From: Trypethelium eluteriae
Taxonomy: Eukaryota
Reading direction: 5' to 3'
Assembly (NCBI GenBank): GCA_051942245.1
Contig: JAVECL010000218.1
Span: 1-35,089, forward strand
DNA length: 35,089 nt
The translations under genes and the position numbers were made by a program. The notes below the pieces were generated by a model that was not told the DNA's origin, made no database searches, and saw nothing but the letters and a program-made list of their open reading frames with translations. Below are positions 1 through 9,100 of this stretch, piece by piece (within the stretch, counting starts at the first letter, position 1; the number at the start of each line of letters is the position of its first letter).

Positions 1-1234
1 GTCCGGGGGGTATTTCTCTACGGCCATGTCGGGCGAAAGGAAAATAAGGGTGCGTGGACGGAGGAGCTACACATGAATGCAGACTCCGTATGTATAAGTT
101 GCGCCTGGCTTGACAGTACGGAGATTAATGAGGGTCCGGTATATCGGGCTCTGCAGGTTCTGAATATTTGGTGTGGACCCTGAGGATAATTTCATGGGTA
201 AAGTGGCGGAAGTAGGCGTAGCAGGGTCTTTTCTTCACATGCCGTGCATGCTTCCCTCTGATCTTATACTGTTTCGGGCATCTATCTCATATGCAGACAG
301 ATAGACAACTACTCAAGAATGGGGTTCCAGGCAAGATCCCGGGTATTGCTCCGTTTGGAATTGCGACGGTATCTGGCTCCAGCTCAATAACAAGTAGTAC
401 TGTACTGCCAGTTGGACCCTGGATAGAGAATGTGCGCCTAGCAGATCATATCACAAAGCTCCTTGTTTTGTTCATTCGGGCCCTGGGCAAGGTGTACGTG
501 GAGAAGCCATCAAATCTCTTCTAGACTTGCGTCTGTGATCTTGCGAGACCCACCTGGCGCTAAGGCCGTCTGCATAATGAATTGTATGCGTACACCGTCC
601 CTTCGCATTCAGAAGGCTGCTTGACCTGTGAAATATTCTGGGTGCATCAGCAGAACGTTGACGTTTTGAGCAAGAGGTAAATAAAACGAACAATACAAGC
701 TTGGTCGGGAAGTCAAGATGGATCCTTCAGTAGTCTCGACAAGTCCCTCCAAAGGATGACTTGGCTGAGGGACCATCCGAAAGAGCTATCGGTTCGACAG
801 GAAATTGACATTACTGGTAAACAAAGCTTCCACGAGTGCTAGGCTGGAGGGAATTTAGGAAGCAACCTCTATTAATGCAATGTAGTTGAGCCGGAGCCAG
901 AGCAGTCCTTCAGGAATTCTCCCTGAGAAACCCGTAAGGGAAAAGCGTGGTGACATTACGCAACGCAACTAGACGGCACGACCAAGATGCGACAGAGATT
1001 TATAGCACAGAAGCAGCATGCCGACGTTGATTACGATTTAACAGTTGCAGTCTTTCCCTTTGGATTGATGAAATTCATGAAGTTCATGAAACCTATCTTT
1101 AGTTCCAGCACACTCAAACGTCCTGCATCATATCGCTGCGATGAAACCTGCTGTTGGGGTATCATAACACCATCAAAAAACGCCATCACGCCAATTCCAT
1201 GCATTAATCATGCAAAAACTGCCTCTCATGACTT

Positions 1235-2150
1235 CTATGTTCCCGACGATGATGATCTTTTAGGCTGAGTGGCTAGCCCTTTTTTCATGATTTCGAGGGG
1301 AATGATGTCGTCTTTCTTGACTCGGGAAACCACTTTGCGACACACTGGACACATGCCACGCCGGCCGTCACCACCATTTCTAGCACTGAAGTTCAGGGCT
1401 TGCATCAGACATTCATAACAGAATAAATGACCTGCAGCGCTGTTAGCATGACTCTCCGCTAGCATGGGAATGAGATGTAAACAAAGCGTTCGACTCACCA
1501 CAGGAGGTCGCCGTGAGGTTGGTCGGGGTCTCCATGCAAATAATACAGCTTATTTTCGAAAGTTTTGTAGGCTTTCTCGAATCTTCTTGCAGTGCCACCT
1601 GTTGCTGCCGTTGCTTCTTCAAAGTATCGGCTAGAGCAGTGTCTTCCTCCACGAGATCTAGTTCTTCAATCGATCTATCGGCATTGCGCTGTAGCCCTGG
1701 CACTGAATCTTTTCTCATTCGCTTGTTTGGGGACGAAGAAGACGCTTCCGCTGCTCGTTTGGGAGCCTTTCGGGGGGCCATACCCAGGTAATCAGACTCA
1801 GAGCCGGGATCTAGTAGGTCGCTCCAAGATAGACTTGGCTGAGACTGGTCGAAACCCAAGGGGGAGCCAGTGGTGTCTCGAAATCCTGTGATTTCGGCAA
1901 AAGAAGGTAACTGGATCGAATCGTAGGAACTTCCTTCGAAGGTCGGTCGTATAGTAGGCGAGCTCTCCGAGTCTCTCGACGACGCAGCAGAGGATGGAAG
2001 GATATAGTTCTGGAGGACGGGGGGTAGCTGTCGAAAAGACTCGGAACGAGGAAAATTGGAGAACTGGGACTGGGTGTGAGAAGGCCGCCGGCGGGGAAGA
2101 GAGGTGTGAGAGCTGGCCGACTGAGAGGAAGCTGAGTCACGAATATCCAT
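1235..2150 (-). CDS. C3HC4 RING-finger E3 ligase, RNF4/Slx8-like (putative SUMO-targeted ubiquitin ligase); exons 2150-1499 and 1431-1235
   Basis: Splicing intron 1498-1432 (GTGAGT donor, GCTAAC branch point, CAG acceptor) joins two ORFs into a complete RING: CIICMETPTNLTATSC-GHLFCYECL...CPVCRK. A SIM-like hydrophobic/acidic patch (IEELDLVEED) lies upstream. The start could instead be the internal Met of MAPRKAPKR (~1781). Confidence 0.8.
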
Positions 2151-2449
2151 TACACTTTATTGATAGCTTGTTCCACACTCAAAGATCGTGTCCTGACATT
2201 GTAGCCATCCCTTTCCATGGCGGATGAGACTGAATACCCAGAAAGCCTCACAAGCACGGTAAAGGACATCACCATCGTGAGCTCCGACCAGAAGATGCAG
2301 GTGCAAGGGCAGTCGCACGGACCACAACATCGCGACTGTGCGTCATGACGCGAATATCTAGCTCTCAAAGCGAGTATTTCTATTCATCCACATCTCGTCT
2401 TCACCACTTGCCTACAATGAGGTGACAGCGGCACGCCTGTCGCCATATC
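2151..2449. promoter_or_regulatory. Short divergent intergenic region, candidate bidirectional promoter
   Basis: The start codons at 2150 (-) and 2450 (+) are head to head, 299 bp apart. Confidence 0.5.
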
Positions 2450-5400
2450 ATGCGTATCGCTACTCAAACGCGCCTGACATCGAATGCTCTCCAACGGCAA
2501 CGCATTCGACTCCCCTCTACACAAACCCCTTTTTGGTGTCAACTGCGAAAATGGCAAATAAGGACGTACGCAGCCGAGGCCACAGAGATAGAAGGAAGTC
2601 CATCCTTGGCTTCGCAAGGGAGATACAACGACATCGGCGTCCAACAAGTGAGCGAACATGTCCACAAGCAACTTTTCCCAGGAACGGCTACGCGAACCCC
2701 TCCTGAGCTCGTCGCTTTGGCCAGAGATCATCTCTCTCGTCATGATCTGCTCGGAAAGAGCAGTGACTCGGGTAATCCAGTGGTCCTCGACCTGCCAGTC
2801 CTTCAAGGGCACTCCCTCGATGAACATTTTTACAGGCTGGGGATGGACGCGGCAGAGCCCTACTTGACTCAGTGCAAAAGGTATACCAGGGCCAACGCAC
2901 CGCCGAGACCACGGAAATGGGTCGTGAGGAGCGGGTGGACTAAGTATAACGTAGATGGCACATCGGAGCCAGTCGATGCTCCGAACGAGTCCATGCTTAC
3001 CTTTGATACTGAAGTCATGTGGAAAGAAACCTCTTTTCCAGCTATGGCATGCGCCCTCAGTCCAACAGCCTGGTATGCCTGGATTTCGCCATGGTTGCTG
3101 GAAGAATCGAAGTCAGACCGACACTTGATCCCGCTTGGAACTATCGACGAGCCGAGGATAGTCGTAGGTCATAACATTGGGTATGACCGGGCTCGTATAG
3201 CCGAGGAGTACGATCTGAGGCAATCGAAGAGCTATTATGTTGATACAATGTCTCTCCATGTTGCTGTCAATGGAATGTGTTCACGGCAACGCCCTACATG
3301 GAACAAACATAAAAAAGCGCGAGAGCTGCGGGAGAAGATTTCCAAAACCGACCGCGATGCCGACTTAGCCCTTCTCTTGGAGTCGCGTGCGATGCAAGAT
3401 GACGAAGAAGAACTATGGGTCGGGAGGAGTTCTGTCAATTCATTACGAGACGTAGCCAAGTTCCACTGCGGAGTAACAATCGACAAGGCGAGAAGAGAGT
3501 ACTTCAGTGAGCTGGACCGCGAAGGGATACGAGCTAAGCTGGACGAATTATTGGACTATTGTGCAGCTGATGTCGAAATCACACACCGCGTGTACAAGAA
3601 AGTATTTCCTCTGTTCTTAGAGACATGCCCTCACCCCGTGTCGTTTGCTGCTCTCCGGCATCTTTCAGCACAGATGCTTCCGGTCAACCGATCATGGGAT
3701 GCTTATATTGCTAATGCGGAGGTGACCTATCACAAGCTTTCCGACGCTGTCGTGCAGCGTCTCGTAGACCTCACGGAAACAGCGCTTGAGGTTAAAGAGC
3801 AACCGGACAAATATCTCAATGATCCCTGGCTACAGCAGCTCGATTGGTCTGGTCAAGAAATCAAGATGGTCAAGGGAAAGAAGAAGGGGGACCCACCACG
3901 TCCAGCATCAAGGCAGAAGAAGCCGGGAATGCCAAAGTGGTATCGAGACCTCTTTCCAACGAGTACCGCGGCTATCAGTCTTTCTGTAAGAACAAGAATT
4001 GCACCCCTTTTGCTCAAAATGGCTTGGGACGGTTATCCGTTGTTCTGGTCGGATAAATATGGGTGGACATTTCGGGTGCCAAAGGAAGAGGCACAAGCCT
4101 ACAGTAATAAAGCTATCCTCGACTGCGACATGTCGGAGGAAACCAATCTACAACTTCGTCATGATACCAAGCATCGATATTTCAAGCTGCCCCACAAGGA
4201 TGGACCAAGCGCTCGTTGCGCCAGTCCTCTAGCAAAGGGCTATTTGCAGTATTTTGAAAAAGGCACCCTCTCGTCTGAATACTCATATGCAAAGGAAGCT
4301 CTCAAGATGAATGCTTCCTGCTCGTACTGGATCAGCGCCAGAGAAAGAATCACGTCACAAATGGTTGTTTACGATCATGAGGCCAAAGGAAAGCTCAAGC
4401 AAAGGGGGCGCGAACACGATGAAATGGGCTATATCCTGCCACAGGTCATTCCAATGGGGACGATAACTCGCCGTGCCGTGGAAAATACTTGGCTCACAGC
4501 TAGTAATGCCAAATCCAATCGAGTTGGCTCAGAATTGAAATCTCTGGTCAAGGCTCCACCAGGCTATTGCTTCGTTGGTGCTGATGTCGATTCAGAAGAG
4601 CTGTGGATCGCAAGTTTAGTCGGAGACTCTCAATTCAAGCTGCATGGAGGAAATGCCATTGGGTTCATGACGTTGGAAGGCAGCAAAGCCGCCGGCACCG
4701 ATCTACACTCGCGAACAGCAAAGATTCTGGACATCTCTAGGAATGATGCCAAAGTTTTTAATTATGGCCGAATTTATGGAGCAGGACTCAAATTTGCCTG
4801 CACCCTACTCCGTCAGTTCAATCCGGAACTCACAGATGCACAAGCTCTGGAAGTCGCCTCCAGGCTCTACACAGAAACGAAGGGTAAACGAACTACGCGC
4901 AAGGCTCTCCACGAGCGCTCATTTTGGCGCGGTGGAACGGAATCGTTTGTCTTCAACAAGCTCGAGGATTTCGCAGAACAAGAGCATCCTCGGACACCAG
5001 TGCTCGCCGCGGGAATTACTGAGGCGTTGATGCGTCGTTACATTAACAAGGGTGGTTTCATGACATCACGTATCAATTGGGCTATCCAGTCTTCAGGCGT
5101 GGACTATTTGCATTTGCTCATAATTTCGATGGACTATCTCTCTAGGCGGTACAATCTTCAGGTCCGACTTACACTCACTGTCCATGACGAAATCCGTTAT
5201 CTGGTTAGGGAAGAAGATAAATATCGGGCTGCTATGGCATTGCAAGTGGCAAACGTTTGGACTCGCGCTATGTTCAGCCAGCAAATGGGCATCGACGACT
5301 TACCCCAGTCTTGCGCCTACTTCTCGGCCGTGGACATCGACCACGTGCTGAGAAAGGAGGTTGACATGGATTGCATAACACCGTCGCAGCCTAATCCAAT

Positions 5401-5860
5401 ACCGCCGGGCGAAAGCATTGATATTGAAGGTCTCATTGCTAAAGGCAAAGAAGCGCAGCTCGACCCTAATATAAAGCCACTGGATCCACCGCAGGTGGAG
5501 AATTTCCCCTACACACCACGTACGCCTGTCATGGCGGATCTGCAGCACCGAAGTGATCAGTTGTACCTAAGGGCGCAAGTCACCAATGATGATAAGGAAT
5601 TCCGCGAAATCTTGAAAGAGCTCAAGCCTCCTAGCGCGCCGAGAAAGTTGTCTCCAAGGGTAAAGAAGGAACAGCAAGGTTCCGATTTCCAAGCGAAACC
5701 GTTGCACTATCAGCAGACGGCAGCCCTGCTACCTGTCGACGAGTGGGCAGGTCAGAAGACCCATCAAACATGGGAGAGGGCGAAGAAATTCAACGGCTGG
5801 CATCATCTGGATGGAAATGCATTCAAAGCAGTTCCAACGAGGACTGCCGGCAGAGTGTGA
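2450..5860 (+). CDS. MIP1: Mitochondrial DNA polymerase gamma, intronless, 1136 aa
   Basis: Exonuclease motifs FDTE, VGHNIGYDR and YCAAD. Polymerase motifs A (VGADVDSEE), B (RNDAKVFNYGRIYGAG) and C (TVHDE). The N-terminus is Arg/Thr/Gln-rich and acid-free, like a mitochondrial presequence. Confidence 0.97.
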   Translation: MRIATQTRLTSNALQRQRIRLPSTQTPFWCQLRKWQIRTYAAEATEIEGSPSLASQGRYNDIGVQQVSEHVHKQLFPGTATRTPPELVALARDHLSRHDLLGKSSDSGNPVVLDLPVLQGHSLDEHFYRLGMDAAEPYLTQCKRYTRANAPPRPRKWVVRSGWTKYNVDGTSEPVDAPNESMLTFDTEVMWKETSFPAMACALSPTAWYAWISPWLLEESKSDRHLIPLGTIDEPRIVVGHNIGYDRARIAEEYDLRQSKSYYVDTMSLHVAVNGMCSRQRPTWNKHKKARELREKISKTDRDADLALLLESRAMQDDEEELWVGRSSVNSLRDVAKFHCGVTIDKARREYFSELDREGIRAKLDELLDYCAADVEITHRVYKKVFPLFLETCPHPVSFAALRHLSAQMLPVNRSWDAYIANAEVTYHKLSDAVVQRLVDLTETALEVKEQPDKYLNDPWLQQLDWSGQEIKMVKGKKKGDPPRPASRQKKPGMPKWYRDLFPTSTAAISLSVRTRIAPLLLKMAWDGYPLFWSDKYGWTFRVPKEEAQAYSNKAILDCDMSEETNLQLRHDTKHRYFKLPHKDGPSARCASPLAKGYLQYFEKGTLSSEYSYAKEALKMNASCSYWISARERITSQMVVYDHEAKGKLKQRGREHDEMGYILPQVIPMGTITRRAVENTWLTASNAKSNRVGSELKSLVKAPPGYCFVGADVDSEELWIASLVGDSQFKLHGGNAIGFMTLEGSKAAGTDLHSRTAKILDISRNDAKVFNYGRIYGAGLKFACTLLRQFNPELTDAQALEVASRLYTETKGKRTTRKALHERSFWRGGTESFVFNKLEDFAEQEHPRTPVLAAGITEALMRRYINKGGFMTSRINWAIQSSGVDYLHLLIISMDYLSRRYNLQVRLTLTVHDEIRYLVREEDKYRAAMALQVANVWTRAMFSQQMGIDDLPQSCAYFSAVDIDHVLRKEVDMDCITPSQPNPIPPGESIDIEGLIAKGKEAQLDPNIKPLDPPQVENFPYTPRTPVMADLQHRSDQLYLRAQVTNDDKEFREILKELKPPSAPRKLSPRVKKEQQGSDFQAKPLHYQQTAALLPVDEWAGQKTHQTWERAKKFNGWHHLDGNAFKAVPTRTAGRV

Positions 5861-6175
5861 AGAAAAGGGAGGTAGATGGGTCAGTACATGTGTATATTCT
5901 GGGATGGCTCTGCGGCGTATTCACCGAGGTATAAAAGGTATGAGTTTGTGATTCAGCCTGATTATATTTCACTGGCATGTAAGAACTGCGTTTCGTATGT
6001 ACATAATGTATGATAATGCGTGAAGTTCTCATATTTCCGAGAGGAAGTCAACGCTCTGATCCTGCCTGCTTTCGCTCGTACTTCGAGGCGCCTTCCCTTC
6101 GGAACCAGGAGTATAGCTTCCTCAGATGGTCGTCCCTACTTTCCTCATTCTGACCGTGTCGGACCTGCTCCATCG

Positions 6176-9100
6176 ATGGACAAGAAGGCGCATGGTCTTG
6201 GCTTCGCGCGTACGTTACCTTCACACCTTACCTACCTTTTTACCTTCCTTCACACTTTTCTTTATCTTCTTCCTCTCACTTCGTCCTCGTACCGTTTTCC
6301 TTTGCCCTGCATCCTAAGACCTCATCTTCATCTATACTTCAGCTAAAGCATTTTCAATTTCGGCTCTACAAGTTTCGTTCATTTACGCTGCGGCGATAGG
6401 AACAGAGGTCCACACCGCAAGCGTACCCTACCACACGACCTATGCTATCGTAAACCAGCACAGTTTCTACTCAGGGACGGAACAGCCAGTAGAAAAATCC
6501 GGCATGAAGCCACCTTCCGGGCGACTTGATGGCAATACGGTTGACAATCCAGTTAGCCCTGCCAACAACATGGAGCAGCTGGGCAAGAGTAACCACGCTG
6601 AGCGACCTTCTAGTGAGTCTTACCTATATTGATTGATCGTCTCAACGGTCTCTCAATAATTGATGAATGGCTAGACTGTGCATTGATAAGGACGACCTGG
6701 ATCGGCTTAGATGGTGCTGACGACGAAACGCCTCAACCTTTGACGGATCTTACTGAAGAACCAGCGCCCGAAGAGCCTGCCCCCGGAGATCCTGCTCCGG
6801 AAGAACCTGCTTCAGGGCCTCCCGTCGACGAAGCTCCGGCCACAGAGCTATCTGCTGAGGATGTATCTACCACGGAACCAGAGGCTCCGGTTCCTGAAGA
6901 GGGACTGGTCGGAAGACAAGTTTCTGCTGAGGATCCAGCTCCTGCCGATCCAGCTGCTGGTGAGGAGCCAGCTCCTATAGAAGAGCTTCCTCCTACTGGA
7001 GCACCTGCTACACAGGTGGAACCTACGGCCGAGCAGGCTCTTGTTGATAATCTACCCGTCGAAGACGCTCCTGTTGAAAGGCCCGTCGAACGACCTGTCA
7101 TCGAACAGCTTCCAGGCGAGCAGCCTCCATTCGAGCAGTCTCCAATGGAACGGTCTTCGGCTGAACAGCCTTCCGTTGAACAGCGTTCTAATGAGCAGAC
7201 CGACCCTGTTATCAAAAAGGCTCTGGCTGAAGCTCCTCCAGTCGAACAGCCCGACTCGGTTATCACAACAGCACCAGTTGAGACTCCTCTTGAACAGCCG
7301 GAATCTATCGTCGAACAAGCATCAGCGGAGTCCACAAATATTGAGCAACCTGGGCCAGTAATCAAGTTGACATCCGAAGAGTCTCCACCTGCTGATCAGC
7401 CCGAGCCTGCCGTTGAGAAGGCACTGGCGGAGCCTCCAGATACTGAGCAGCCTGGGCCTGTCAACGACACGCCAGCTGTTGAGTCCCAAGCCGTTGAGCC
7501 GCCTGAATCACCTGCGGCACAACACGAGCCTGTCACCGAAGAGGTATCTGTCGAGACTCCTCAACCTGACCCTCTCGTACAAAGGCAGGCCGATGAGCTT
7601 CCAATCGAACAAGCAGACCGTGTAGATGAGCAAGCAGCGGCTGAGCCTCTTGTTGTACAGGCCGACCCTGCTATTGCAAGTACACTGGCGGAGCCTCCTG
7701 CAGCACAACCTGAATCCTTCATCGAGAAGTCTGCCATGGAGCAACTTGAGCCGGTTGTTCAAGAACCGCGGCCGGAGCCGCCAATGGGTGAGCAACCTGA
7801 GGTGATTGTCGAGAATCCTCCGACGGAAGAGCTGGTCAAAGAAGAGCCTCCGGTTGAGCTCACCAATGCCGAGCAGCGCTTCGTACAGCAGCCTTCCACT
7901 GAGCAGCCTTCCATTAAACAGCCTGAGCCCGTCGATGAGGCAAAGGTGGAAGAGCCTCTCGAACAGGAGCTCTCTACCGATCCGCCCGCGCTCGAACAAT
8001 CTCCTGTGAACCAGGTCCACGATGAACAAGCCCTCGATGCACAGGTAAAGCCTATCTCCGAACAGCTACCTGTGGAAGCACCCGTCAAAGAAGATCCTCG
8101 CATCGAAGCACCTACTGCCGAGCAGGCTCCGGTCGAACAGCTTCCCGTTGAGCAGGAAAAATCGGTGGAAGAGCCTACTGAAGAGAAAGCTCGCGATGAT
8201 CAACCTGTCGTAGAGCAGGCTCTTATCCAGCCGGCTGCTCAGGAAGAGCTATACACGGAGCAATCGGCTGTGGAGCAACCGAGGCTCGTGAGAGAGCCAG
8301 TTGTCGAACAGCGTTCTATCGGGGAGCCTGCGGATGATGCTCCTGATAAAGAACCGGCTGTTGGACAGCCTCCTTCCACAGAGCAGCCTCCCTCAATCAT
8401 CGGACCTGCTGCAGAAGTGCCTGCCGATAAGCCGCCTTCCCCATTCGATAGCACTCCTTCAGCAGAGAAGCCTCCCCCGATTGAGGGGCCCGTGCAAGCG
8501 GAGCAACCTTCCGTGGAGCTACCTCCACCGGTCGAGCGTCCAATTGACCAGCCTCCGCCAGTTGAGCGATCTGTACTCGAGCAAACCCCTGTTGAGCAGC
8601 CTCCTGCTGTGCAGGCTGCCGTGGAGCAACTTCCGGTCGAGCCGACTCCTGTCGAGCAGCCTCCTGTTGAGCAGCCTCCTGTTGAGCCGCCTCCCGTGGA
8701 GCAGTTTCCAGTAGCACAGCCCCTTGAAGAAAAGCCTCCTGCTGTGCAGACTCCTGTGGAGCAGCCTCCAATTGAGCAGTCTCCGGTCGAGCAGTCTCCG
8801 GTCGAGCAGCCTCCCGAGGAGCAACTTTCAATCGAACAGCCTCCAGTTGAACAGCCTCCAGTCGAGCAGCCTCCAGTCGAGCAGCCTCCAGTCGCACAGC
8901 CTCCAGTCGAGCAGCCTCCAGTCGAGCAGCCTCCAGTCGCACAGCCTCCTGAAGAACAGCCTCCAGTCGAGCAGCCTCCTGTGGAGCAACTTCCAATCGA
9001 ACAACGTCCTGTAGAGCAACCTCCACTCGGGCCGCCTCCGGTCGAGCAATCCCCAGTTGAGCAGCCTCCTGTCGAGCAGCTTCCTGTCGAGCAACAATAT

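Noticed and set aside
1..27. Possible minus-strand gene start (ATG at 27, MAVEKYPPD) running off the window edge
   Set aside because: Only nine codons are visible, too little to support a call.
1068..1091. Short 9-bp tandem repeat ATGAA(A/G)TTC x~2.7; likewise GCCTCTG x3 near 29683
   Set aside because: Trivial slippage-type repeats with no further structure.
8590..9095. Regularly spaced short repeats superficially resembling a CRISPR array
   Set aside because: The units are contiguous, lack unique spacers and lie in frame within a eukaryotic CDS.
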